From: a virus
Taxonomy: Duplodnaviria > Caudoviricetes
Reading direction: 5' to 3' (one strand)
Length of the DNA: 56,476 nt
Virus record (IMG/VR): IMGVR_UViG_3300034096_000849
Span: 1-56,476 of that record
The notes under the pieces were generated by a model that worked only from the letters and a program-made list of their open reading frames with translations, ran no database searches and was not told where the DNA came from. This document shows, in pieces, positions 38,774-47,488 of this stretch; positions within the stretch are counted from its first letter, which is position 1; the number at the start of each line of letters is the position of its first letter. Position numbers and translations under genes: made by a program.

Positions 38774-40173
38774 CCAACCTCGACGACTACCGCCGCCTCA
38801 TCGCATCCAAGTCCCGGCTCTACCGCGGCGACGGCATCAAGCACTGGGACAGCGTGGAGCTGCACCCTTCGCTGAAGCCGCACCAGGAGCACGGCGTCCG
38901 CTTCGCCCTTCGCACGGGACGCAGCGCCGCGTTCTACGACACCGGCTTGGGCAAGACTCGCATCTTCCTGGAGTTTGCCAGGGTCATGCGGCAGGTCACC
39001 GGCCGCCCCGCGCTTGTGCTTACGCCGATCGCCTGCGGACGGCAGCACGCCCGCGAGGCTCAGAGCATCGGCGTCGATGCCGAGGTGTGCCGAGACGGCA
39101 ACTCGGGACGGCACGACATCGACATCACCAACTACGAGCGGCTCGACAAGTTCGACTTGGGCCGCTACGGGACGGTCGTGCTCGATGAAAGCTCGGTGCT
39201 CAAGGCCTTCACTGGATCGACTAGCCGCTCGCTGATCCAGGCATTCGCCAAGACCCCTGCGAGGCTCGCAGCTACCGCCACGCCTGCGCCGAACGACTAC
39301 ATGGAGCTGGGCCAGCATTGCTCCTTCCTCGGAGTGATGGAATCCAACGAGATGCTCTCTCGCTGGTTCATCGCCGACCAGACGGAGATGGGGCGCTATC
39401 GGCTCAAACGGCCCGCGATCCAGGACTTCTGGGACTGGGTTTCGTCCTGGGCGCGATGCGTGTCGAAGCCGTCGGACCTTGGCTTCGACGATGCGGGATA
39501 CGACCTGCCGCCGCTCCAGATTCTGCGCGCAGTCGTGCCTGCTGAGGACTCCGAAGTGCTGCTCGAAAGCGGCGGGCAAGCTTCGCTCTGGGGCGCCAGC
39601 ATCAACGCAACGAGCATCCACAAGAGCAAGCGCCGCTCTGCCGAGGCGCGCGCAGAGCGAACCGCTGAGATCCTGGCGAGCGAGCCGCGCGAGTCCTGGA
39701 TTGTCTGGGTCGATACCGACTACGAGGCCGACGCCATCATGGCGATCCTCGGCGACTCGGCGATCGAGGTCCGCGGCTCGATGGATCCCGACGAAAAGGA
39801 GGACCGCCTCATGGCGTTCGCCGACCAGAAGGCGCGGATCCTCGTATCGAAGGTCCGCATCTGCGGCTTCGGACTCAACTTCCAGCACTGCGCGCGACAG
39901 GTGTTCATGGGCCCGAGCTACTCCTACGAGCAGTTCTATCAGGCCGTTCGCCGCTCCTGGCGATTCGGGCAGCAGCGGCCCGTGAACGTCTGGCGAGTGA
40001 TGGCCGAAGACGAGGCCTTCGTGGCCGCGACGGTCGATCGCAAGGCCGGCGACCACGAGGCCATGAAGGCCGAGATGCGCGGCGCAATGGCCCGTTCCTT
40101 GGAGCGCACCAGCGAGACGCTCCGCACCTACCAACCAACCCAAAACGTCCGAATCCCCCAATGGCTCAACTGA
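38770..40173 (+). CDS. SNF2-like SF2 helicase
   Basis: DTGLGKT, TNYERL, LDESS, TATPAPND, GFGLNFQ, QAVRRSWRFGQ. Confidence 0.9.
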   Translation: MTNLDDYRRLIASKSRLYRGDGIKHWDSVELHPSLKPHQEHGVRFALRTGRSAAFYDTGLGKTRIFLEFARVMRQVTGRPALVLTPIACGRQHAREAQSIGVDAEVCRDGNSGRHDIDITNYERLDKFDLGRYGTVVLDESSVLKAFTGSTSRSLIQAFAKTPARLAATATPAPNDYMELGQHCSFLGVMESNEMLSRWFIADQTEMGRYRLKRPAIQDFWDWVSSWARCVSKPSDLGFDDAGYDLPPLQILRAVVPAEDSEVLLESGGQASLWGASINATSIHKSKRRSAEARAERTAEILASEPRESWIVWVDTDYEADAIMAILGDSAIEVRGSMDPDEKEDRLMAFADQKARILVSKVRICGFGLNFQHCARQVFMGPSYSYEQFYQAVRRSWRFGQQRPVNVWRVMAEDEAFVAATVDRKAGDHEAMKAEMRGAMARSLERTSETLRTYQPTQNVRIPQWLN

Positions 40174-41072
40174 CCCCCACGATCATCGACCAGCAGTCCG
40201 GCGAGAACTGGACCGCGATCCACGGCGATTGCGTCGAGGCACTGCGCGACATCCCCGAGAACAGCGTCGGCCTGTCGGTCTTCTCGCCACCCTTCAGCTC
40301 GCTGTACATCTACAGCCAGAGCGAGCGGGACATGGGCAACGTGGACGACGATGAGCAGTTCCAGGCGAGCTATCGCCACGTCTGCGAACAGCTCTACCGC
40401 GTTACCAAGCCCGGCCGGCTGTGCGCGATCCACGTCAAGGATCTGGTCTACTACAGCAACAGCAGCGACAAGGGCGACCGGGGCATCCGTGACTTCACCG
40501 GCGAGTGCATCCGCACCCACCAGGCCGCGGGCTGGACCTATCACACGCGGATCACGATCTGGCGCTGCCCGGTCAGGGAGATGCAGAAGACCAAGCCGGA
40601 CGGGCTGCTGTTTCGCAACTTCCGACTCGATGCCGCTCGCGTGCGCGTCGGGATGCCCGAGTACCTGATCCTCTTCCGCAAGTGGGCCGATGGCGAGCAG
40701 GCGCCGCCTGTGGTGCACGACCCTGCGCAGTTCCCGCTCGAGACCTGGCAGGAGTGGGCGTCGCCGGTGTGGATGGACACCGACCAGATGGACGTGCTCA
40801 ACGTCCGCACGGCTCGCAGCGATGAGGCTGAGCGCCACCTGTGCCCGATGCCGCTCGATCTGTCCGCCCGCGCGATCCAGCTCTGGAGCAACCCTGGAGA
40901 CATCGTGCTCACTCCGTTCATGGGCATCGGCTCGGAGGTTGTCGCCGCGCTGCGCCACGGTCGCAAGGCCATCGGCATCGAGCTGAACCCCAACTACTAC
41001 GCGCAGGCCGTCAAGTACGCCCGCGAAGCCGAGGCCAACGCCCGCACGCTGTTCGACGGGGTGCCCGCGTGA
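40161..41072 (+). CDS. N4-C/N6-A DNA methyltransferase (beta class)
   Basis: FSPPF motif IV before PFMGIGSE motif I. Confidence 0.9.
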   Translation: MAQLTPTIIDQQSGENWTAIHGDCVEALRDIPENSVGLSVFSPPFSSLYIYSQSERDMGNVDDDEQFQASYRHVCEQLYRVTKPGRLCAIHVKDLVYYSNSSDKGDRGIRDFTGECIRTHQAAGWTYHTRITIWRCPVREMQKTKPDGLLFRNFRLDAARVRVGMPEYLILFRKWADGEQAPPVVHDPAQFPLETWQEWASPVWMDTDQMDVLNVRTARSDEAERHLCPMPLDLSARAIQLWSNPGDIVLTPFMGIGSEVVAALRHGRKAIGIELNPNYYAQAVKYAREAEANARTLFDGVPA

Positions 41073-41179
41073 TGCTCCTGCACACGATCGGTATCCTGGC
41101 CATCAGCGCCGCGGCTGCGCTGCTGATTGGCTTCGGGCTGTGGCGCGCGGCTGAGTGGCTCCTGGATCGCTCAGAGTGA
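41072..41179 (+). CDS. Small membrane peptide
   Basis: 35-aa hydrophobic ORF, translationally coupled. Confidence 0.45.
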   Translation: MLLHTIGILAISAAAALLIGFGLWRAAEWLLDRSE

Positions 41180-41180
41180 C

Positions 41181-41579
41181 ATGCCGTCCTGCGCAGGCTG
41201 CGGCATCGAGGGGCCTTCGTCGCTCTTCGCATCGCTCGAATGGCTAGACCAGTCGAGGCCGCCGGCCAAGGCCTGCGCTTGCTGCGCCGCTCGTCTCATG
41301 GTGGGCGGCAAGATGCGGCGGTCCGCCGCTAACTGGCTCTCCCTGGCCGTCGCCCTCGACTGCGCCAGGGAAGATGTGGACAACCCCTTGCGCGAGCTGG
41401 CGTCGAAGCCTGAGGCCTTGGAGGCCGCTAGGCAGGTGCGCCTGCTCGTCCCCTGGGCGCTGTGGCTGGAGCGCTACTGGTCCGAGACCGAGAGCGAGCT
41501 GAAAGAGCTAGACCGACTGGCAGAGGAGCGCCGCCGGGCCGCCGAAAGGCGCGCCAGGATGGCGAGTGAGATCGCATGA
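41181..41579 (+). CDS. Hypothetical protein with Cys pairs
   Basis: ORF coupled to the initiator gene. Confidence 0.55.
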   Translation: MPSCAGCGIEGPSSLFASLEWLDQSRPPAKACACCAARLMVGGKMRRSAANWLSLAVALDCAREDVDNPLRELASKPEALEAARQVRLLVPWALWLERYWSETESELKELDRLAEERRRAAERRARMASEIA

Positions 41580-42748
41580 AGAAGACGAGTAACGAAACGC
41601 CGGACATCCGAGTTAGCCTCGCCGAACTGAGCGAGTCTCCCCAGTTCATGCGGCTCAGTTTCCACGAGCAGGGCGTCTATTTTGCCCTGATCCTGGCCTG
41701 CATCAAGGCCGGTGGCAGCATCGGCGCCGACCGGGAGAGCCTGGCCGAGGCGCTGCTGGTGATGCCGGATGAGGTGGCGAGCCTCGTGTCTAGCGCGGTC
41801 CGCGTGTGCTTCGAGGAGGCCGGCGGGAAGCTGACGCACCGGGCGCTCCAGGTCGAGCTGGCGAAGCTCCAGCAGGCTCTCCGCGACAAGGCCGCGGCTG
41901 GCCGGAAGTCGGCTGAAGCGCGCCGCGCGACGGGCAAACTCCAGCCCAAGAGGGACCCGAGGAAGCCCCGATCCGTCGAACAGGTGTTCGATCCTGCCGA
42001 ACAGGTGTTCGAAAAAAAGCAACAGCTGTTCGGCGCCACCGAACAGGTGTTCGAGAAAATCGAACAGCTGTTCGAGCCCACCGAACAGATGTTCGGCGCC
42101 GTCGAACAGGTGTTCGAAAAAAATGAACAGCTGTTCGACGGCCAAAAACCGCGAATTTCCCCCCACGCCACAATTCTCCCCTATCCGATCACCCCCTCTA
42201 TAGTCTCCCCCACGCCGCCGTCGTCGCCGACGCCGGATCCGACCCCGCCGCCGCTGCCGCAGTCGGTCCTGGACCTGGCCTCGCGGCTCGCCGTGCTCGG
42301 CCTGCGGAACACCCACGAGGCCGAGCGGCTGCTGCTGTGGCTGACCCGGCCGGCCTGGGCTCAGCACCCGCCGGAGCTCTGGGTCGCAGCGATCGAGCGC
42401 TGGGTCAGCCGGTCCCGCGACACCGGCGAGTGGTCCCCGGTCCAGGCCATCCGCAAGTGCCTGCTCGGTCGGTCGAGCCGCGCCGGCCACCCGCTGACCG
42501 AGGGCGACCTCGCGGCCTGGATCCAGACCGACGCGGACGCCATCGCGGCGGAGCGCCAGGCCGCCCAGCGAGCCGCTCAGCCGGCGCTCCCCGCGGAGCC
42601 GGCCAAGCCCGCCGAATCGCCGATCGCGCGCCTTCGCCGGGAGCGGGCCGAAGCGACCAAGGCCGCCAAGGCCTCTGCCGCTGCGCCTGGGGCGCGCGGA
42701 GTATCTCCGATGGCCTCGGAGTCAATCCCGGCCCCCGTCGCGTCCTAG
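41576..42748 (+). CDS. Replication initiator protein (DUF1376/YdaU-like N-terminus)
   Basis: LSFHEQGVY..LI, AAAGRKSAEARR; internal iterons; followed by DnaB. Confidence 0.8.
   Translation: MKKTSNETPDIRVSLAELSESPQFMRLSFHEQGVYFALILACIKAGGSIGADRESLAEALLVMPDEVASLVSSAVRVCFEEAGGKLTHRALQVELAKLQQALRDKAAAGRKSAEARRATGKLQPKRDPRKPRSVEQVFDPAEQVFEKKQQLFGATEQVFEKIEQLFEPTEQMFGAVEQVFEKNEQLFDGQKPRISPHATILPYPITPSIVSPTPPSSPTPDPTPPPLPQSVLDLASRLAVLGLRNTHEAERLLLWLTRPAWAQHPPELWVAAIERWVSRSRDTGEWSPVQAIRKCLLGRSSRAGHPLTEGDLAAWIQTDADAIAAERQAAQRAAQPALPAEPAKPAESPIARLRRERAEATKAAKASAAAPGARGVSPMASESIPAPVAS
41976..42139. repeat. Replication origin iterons: 8 palindromic CGAACAG(G/C)TGTTCG units at 21-bp period
   Basis: Units start at 41977, 41998, 42019, 42040, 42061, 42082, 42103, 42124; A-tracts in several spacers. 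Confidence 0.85.
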
Positions 42749-42771
42749 CGCATCCCAGGAGGCCTGAGGCT

Positions 42772-44181
42772 ATGACCAACCAAACCGAGGAACGGCCGGC
42801 TTTGGATGCCGATGCGGCCCGCCTGGCGCTCGCCTGGCTGATCCGCGAGCCGCGGAACGTCCTGGGAGTGCTCGAGGACCTGGAGCCTGCCAGGTGGCCG
42901 ACCCGCGACTCCCGCGAGATGGCCTACGCCATGCACTCGCTGGCTCTCGCAGGCCGGCAGGTCACGGTATTCGCCGTGGTCGATGAGCTGCGCCAGCGGG
43001 CGCGCCTGTCAGAGACCCTGACGCCCCAGGCCATCAACGAAATGCACCGGGAGGGGGTGCTCGAGGAGGAGGGGCGCGCCTACCTGGCGACCGTCCGAGC
43101 GGCGGCCGACCTCCGAGATGTCCGCTCAGCCCTGGACAACCTCCTACGCCGCGCGGAACTGGCTAAGCCGCGCCCGAAGGAGGTCCAGTCCCTACGGGAG
43201 GCCGCTGGCGAGGCCATGCTGCGCCTGGCGAACGCAGGCGGGCAGAAGGCCCGCGGGATCCAGACGCTCACCGAGGCCGGCCGCCGGCACATTGCGCAGC
43301 TAGTCGAGGCCCGCGAGGAGGGCAGGCGGCCCGCGTACAGCTCGGGATTTACTTCGGTGGACGACATGCTCCGCGGTGGATTTCGTCCAGGTCAGCTCGT
43401 AGTCGTTGGCGGTCGGCCTGGAATGGGCAAGTCGGCGATCGCGCTTGATTTCATTCAGCGCCCCGCAGCGAGACTCGGAATTCAACCTGTCGTGTTGATG
43501 CAATCTCTGGAGATGATCTCTGAAGAGGTTGCATCGCGTGTTTTTTCTCGTGAGCTTGGCGAACAACACGGGCGAATGTTAATCGAAGGGGCAACAGCTC
43601 AAGATGCGGAAGTCTTGAATCGCATCCTCGATGAGGCTGCGCCTTCGATGGACGGCGTCCGGATCATGGACGACCCGAAGGCCGGCATCCCGGCGCTCGA
43701 AGCCCAGGCGCGGGCGCTCAAGATGCAGACCGGCCGGCTGGACCTGGTGATCGTGGACTATCTCCAGCTCGTGCGGAGCAACAAGCGGATCGACAACCGC
43801 GTGCAGGAGGTTTCGGGCATCACACGCGACCTCAAGAACCTGGCGCAGAGTCTGCGCGTGCCGGTGATCGCGCTGTCGCAGCTCTCGCGCGCCGTGGAGA
43901 TGCGGCCGGACAAGCGGCCCAACCTCTCAGACCTCCGCGAGTCGGGCACGATCGAGCAGGACGCGGACATCGTGCTCCTCATGTACCGGCCAGGCTACTA
44001 CGGCCTGAAAGCCGATCAGGACGAGGCCTATGCCATTTGCGCCAAGCACCGCAACGGACGCACGGGCGATATCCGACTGCGCTGGATCGGCGAAACGATG
44101 AGCTTCGACGACCCGAAGCTGCACACCGAGAACTTGAACGCCACGATGATCCGCAACGGCGTCTACTCGGAGGAAGACTGA
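42772..44181 (+). CDS. dnaB: Replicative DNA helicase
   Basis: GRPGMGKS, SLEM, IVDYLQL, LSQLSR, DLRESGTIEQDAD, KHRNG. Confidence 0.95.
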   Translation: MTNQTEERPALDADAARLALAWLIREPRNVLGVLEDLEPARWPTRDSREMAYAMHSLALAGRQVTVFAVVDELRQRARLSETLTPQAINEMHREGVLEEEGRAYLATVRAAADLRDVRSALDNLLRRAELAKPRPKEVQSLREAAGEAMLRLANAGGQKARGIQTLTEAGRRHIAQLVEAREEGRRPAYSSGFTSVDDMLRGGFRPGQLVVVGGRPGMGKSAIALDFIQRPAARLGIQPVVLMQSLEMISEEVASRVFSRELGEQHGRMLIEGATAQDAEVLNRILDEAAPSMDGVRIMDDPKAGIPALEAQARALKMQTGRLDLVIVDYLQLVRSNKRIDNRVQEVSGITRDLKNLAQSLRVPVIALSQLSRAVEMRPDKRPNLSDLRESGTIEQDADIVLLMYRPGYYGLKADQDEAYAICAKHRNGRTGDIRLRWIGETMSFDDPKLHTENLNATMIRNGVYSEED

Positions 44182-44186
44182 TGCGC

Positions 44187-44666
44187 CTAGCCCGCGGCCT
44201 TGAGCGGCTGGATGCTGACCGCGAGCGCCAGCAGCACGGCATCTGTCATGTCGAGCGGCGCGCCGGCGAAGTCTTGCCGGAGCATCCGGCCGACCACATC
44301 GCGGACCTGTTCCTTGGTCGCCGACCGGCTGCCGCAGAATCGAGCGCGGAGGTTGGGCACCGCGAAGTTTTCGAGCGCGATCCTGCGCCGGCCGACCGAT
44401 GCCAAGACGATGCCGCGAGCGCAGCCAACCGCCAACGCGGCCTGCGGGCCCTTGCCCACGTAGGCCATTTCTACGCCAGCACGCTCGACTGTGTGCTCGC
44501 CGAGCAGCACGTCAAGCTCGCCTTGCAGGAACGCCAGGCGCTCCTCGATGGGCCGCGCCGCCTTGGCCTTGATGATGCCGCCGTCCACGAAGCGCGGAGC
44601 TGGCGTCCGCTCAATGATCGCGTAGCCGAGGACTTTCGTGCCGGGGTCGAGTCCGATGACAAGCAT
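44187..44666 (-). CDS. ruvC: Holliday junction resolvase
   Basis: IGLDPGT, VE, ARG, ATKEQV, DMTDA. Confidence 0.9.
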   Translation of the reverse strand: MLVIGLDPGTKVLGYAIIERTPAPRFVDGGIIKAKAARPIEERLAFLQGELDVLLGEHTVERAGVEMAYVGKGPQAALAVGCARGIVLASVGRRRIALENFAVPNLRARFCGSRSATKEQVRDVVGRMLRQDFAGAPLDMTDAVLLALAVSIQPLKAAG

Positions 44667-44732
44667 GTGGCCACCCTGGACGCTGGTGCCGCGCGAGCGC
44701 AACACCGGACCGACCCGCATTCCGCGCGTCGC

Positions 44733-45083
44733 TCAGTCGCCGGCGGCAAGCCTGGCCTCAAGGCGCGCCAGCTCCTCGGCCCAGGACGCGACCACGGCCC
44801 CGCGGCGATCGTCGGGCATCTCGAGCTGATCCACGTCCGCGAGGCAGCGGCGCAGCGCCAGCGCCCGCTCGGCCAGCTCGCCCGCCTTGCGCTCGGACTC
44901 GCCCAGCTCCCGGAACTCCTCGATCAGCGCGCCGAACCGCGCCGCCGGCACGCCGTGGGCCTCCATGCACCGCACGAGGTGCTGGCGCCGGCCGCGGGCC
45001 CCGACTATCTCGGAGCAGACGGGGCAGCGACTCGGCCGCTCGGGGCTGGCCGAGCGACCACTAGGCAGGCGGGGGCGGGGCAT
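44733..45083 (-). CDS. Hypothetical protein with zinc-finger-like motif and coiled coil
   Basis: CPVC...H...C...H. Confidence 0.55.
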   Translation of the reverse strand: MPRPRLPSGRSASPERPSRCPVCSEIVGARGRRQHLVRCMEAHGVPAARFGALIEEFRELGESERKAGELAERALALRRCLADVDQLEMPDDRRGAVVASWAEELARLEARLAAGD

Positions 45084-45160
45084 TGGGGACAGAGTGGGCC
45101 CGGCCGACCCCGCGGGCAAGTCTCAGCTCCGAGATTCCCGAAAGTTCTCCAAGATTACCC

Positions 45161-45194
45161 TTGACTGCGCCCCCGAACATCGCCGAAGGTACTC
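45161..45194 (+). promoter_or_regulatory. Putative early promoter TTGACT-N17-CGAAGGTACTC, possibly leaderless
   Basis: Matches the motif at 32726-32758; ATG 6 nt after GAAGGT. Confidence 0.65.
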
Positions 45195-45196
45195 GC

Positions 45197-45418
45197 ATGC
45201 TGACCAAGCAAACCGCCCTGATCGACGGCCGCGAGTGGCTCCTCGAGCCGCGCCCCGTCACCGCGCGCTGGGCTGCCCGCCTCGCCGCCGCCGGCTGCCG
45301 CGCTGAGCTGTGGTCGGTCCGCACCCTGGCGACCGACGACGACCGGCCGACTCGGTACGGCTGGGCGGCGCCCGCAAAGACCACCGGCGAGCTGCGCCTG
45401 CTGAGCGTCGCCGGCTGA
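45197..45418 (+). CDS. Hypothetical protein
   Basis: First ORF after the promoter motif. Confidence 0.6.
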   Translation: MLTKQTALIDGREWLLEPRPVTARWAARLAAAGCRAELWSVRTLATDDDRPTRYGWAAPAKTTGELRLLSVAG

Positions 45419-45446
45419 CCCGACACACCACACCCCACCCCAAGCC

Positions 45447-46895
45447 ATGCAAACCACCGAGACCGCTCCCGAGATCCGCATCGTCAACGTCGGCCCGATC
45501 CAGCGCCTGGAGATCCCGATCCCCCGAGATGGGGGAGTCGTGGTCCTCCGCGGCCACAACGGCGCGGGCAAGTCCACGGCCCTGGCCGCCGTGTCGGCCC
45601 TGGGCGGCACCGCGAGCGCCAAGGACTCGCTGACCGCTCGCTACGGCGCCAAGGAGGGCACGATCGAGGCCCCCGGCATCCGCATGCGCATCGGCCAGCG
45701 GACGACCGCCCAGGGCGACCTGGCAGTCCAACAGATCGAGGCCAGCGCCCCGGCGCGCCTGGTCGATCCCGCCATCAAGGACCCCGAGCGGGCCGATGCA
45801 GCTCGCGCCCGCGCCCTGTGCCAGATCCTCGGGATCGAGCCGCCTGTTGTGGCCTGGGGCCGCCTGCTAGCCGATCCGACCCGCATCGATGATGCGTTGG
45901 CCGGCGCCGACCGCGGCGACGCCACCGAGTGCGCCGCGCAGGTCAAGCGCTACCTGGAGTCTCAGGCCCGCACCGAGGAGACGCTGGCCGAGCGCGACAA
46001 GACCCGCGCGGAGGCTGCCCGCCTCGCAGCGAAGGACTCGATGGCTGGAGTCACGCCGTACAGCGGCGACCCGACTGCGGACGCCGTGGACGCCGCGGGC
46101 AAGCTCCGCGACCTCGAATCCCGCGTCAAGGCCGCGACCGATGCGGCGACCCAGCTCCCGGCTCTGCGCGCCCGCGTCGAGGCCATGCCTGGCCTGTCGA
46201 TCGAGGCTGCGACCGCCGCCGCAAGACATGCCGCAGTGGCCGTGGTCCTGGCCGAGGACGCTCTCCGCGAGGCGCAGCGGGTGATGGCCGAGCGCAAGAG
46301 CGCCGCGAAGGCCGCCGCCGATGCGCTGTCCCTGGCGCAGGCCCGCCACGCAATGGTCCCGCAGCTCGCGGCGCTCGAATCGGCCAGCGCGGCCATGCCG
46401 AGCCTGGACGAGCTGCAAGCGCAGCGGGCACGACTTGCCGCCGCGAAGGAGGCGATGGCCCAGCAGGCGCGGCTCGCCGATGCCGAGCGCCGCAACTCCG
46501 AGGCTGGCGAGCTGTCGGCGAGCGCCGAGAAGCACGCGCAGTCCGCCAAGGTCTACCGCGACTCGGCTGCTCAAGTCGAGCCGATGCTGTTTTCTGGCCT
46601 TCGCTCGGGCCTGGTCGAGATCCGCGATGGCCTGCTGTACGGCCGGCATCACACGCTCGGCATGGTCCGATTCGGCTCGCTGTCGCACGGCGAGCGCTGG
46701 CGCTTGGCGCTCGAACTGGTGCTCGCCCATCAGCAGCCTGGCACTGAGACGCCGATCCTCGCCGTCGCTCAAGAGGCCTGGGAAGGCCTCGATCCGAAGA
46801 ACCGCGAGGAGCTGGTCGATATCGCGCGCCGCTACCGCGTGGCGATCCTGACGGCCGAGGCTGCAACCGGCGAGCTGGCTGTTTCCCAGGCCTGA
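45447..46895 (+). CDS. Rad50/SbcC-like ABC/AAA ATPase with coiled coil
   Basis: NVGPI, GHNGAGKST, long coiled coil, LSHGE, QEAWEGLD. Confidence 0.85.
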   Translation: MQTTETAPEIRIVNVGPIQRLEIPIPRDGGVVVLRGHNGAGKSTALAAVSALGGTASAKDSLTARYGAKEGTIEAPGIRMRIGQRTTAQGDLAVQQIEASAPARLVDPAIKDPERADAARARALCQILGIEPPVVAWGRLLADPTRIDDALAGADRGDATECAAQVKRYLESQARTEETLAERDKTRAEAARLAAKDSMAGVTPYSGDPTADAVDAAGKLRDLESRVKAATDAATQLPALRARVEAMPGLSIEAATAAARHAAVAVVLAEDALREAQRVMAERKSAAKAAADALSLAQARHAMVPQLAALESASAAMPSLDELQAQRARLAAAKEAMAQQARLADAERRNSEAGELSASAEKHAQSAKVYRDSAAQVEPMLFSGLRSGLVEIRDGLLYGRHHTLGMVRFGSLSHGERWRLALELVLAHQQPGTETPILAVAQEAWEGLDPKNREELVDIARRYRVAILTAEAATGELAVSQA

Positions 46896-46917
46896 CCCAA
46901 CCCCGATTTTTTCGCGC

Positions 46918-46954
46918 CCTTGCGCTTGCACGCTTAGCCTGCAAGCGCAAGGAT
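46918..46954. promoter_or_regulatory. 13-bp perfect inverted repeat overlapping a possible promoter
   Basis: CCTTGCGCTTGCA-N9-TGCAAGCGCAAGG; TTGCAC-N17-AAGGAT. Confidence 0.55.
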
Positions 46955-46976
46955 TGCCCCTAGCCCCAAACCTCCG

Positions 46977-47276
46977 ATGAAACACGAACTGATGCGCTGC
47001 GCCGAGTGCGCGGCAGTCCAGCAGATCGGCCCCGTGGCCGAGTGCCGCGAGTGTGGCTCGCGCCAAGTGCGCGCCTACCACCCGATCCCGACGATCAGCC
47101 TGCGCTCGATCGCCGGCCAGGTCCACGACATCGACCCGGTAGGCGTGGTGTCGATGCGCCGCTTCGGCCAGATCACCGTCCTGGAGCTGTCCAGCGGCGA
47201 GGAGGTCGAGACGTACGCCCACGAGGCTCTGATCGCCGCGAAGATCCAGCGGGCGCTGGTGGGAGGTGCGGCGTGA
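46977..47276 (+). CDS. Zinc-ribbon hypothetical protein
   Basis: CAEC...CRECGS. Confidence 0.65.
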   Translation: MKHELMRCAECAAVQQIGPVAECRECGSRQVRAYHPIPTISLRSIAGQVHDIDPVGVVSMRRFGQITVLELSSGEEVETYAHEALIAAKIQRALVGGAA

Positions 47277-47488
47277 CCGACAACCGCGACATCTGCGAGT
47301 GCGAGGCCGGCAACATCTGCACGAAGCTGGTTCGCCGCGGCGGCTCTCAGCTCGCCAGCCTGGAGGTCCGCGAACTCGGCTACAGCCCGAGCGTGGCGTC
47401 GATCGAGCTGTCCCTCGATGAGGTGCGCCGCCTGCGCGACCGCCTGCTCGACATCGAAGCCCTGCTCGAAGAGGAGGCCGGCAAGTGA
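47273..47488 (+). CDS. Hypothetical protein
   Basis: GTGA-coupled on both sides. Confidence 0.6.
   Translation: MTDNRDICECEAGNICTKLVRRGGSQLASLEVRELGYSPSVASIELSLDEVRRLRDRLLDIEALLEEEAGK

Noticed and set aside
41976-42139. Palindromic repeats as a CRISPR array
   Set aside because: 21-bp period with ~7-bp spacers, in frame within a gene, no cas genes; fits iterons
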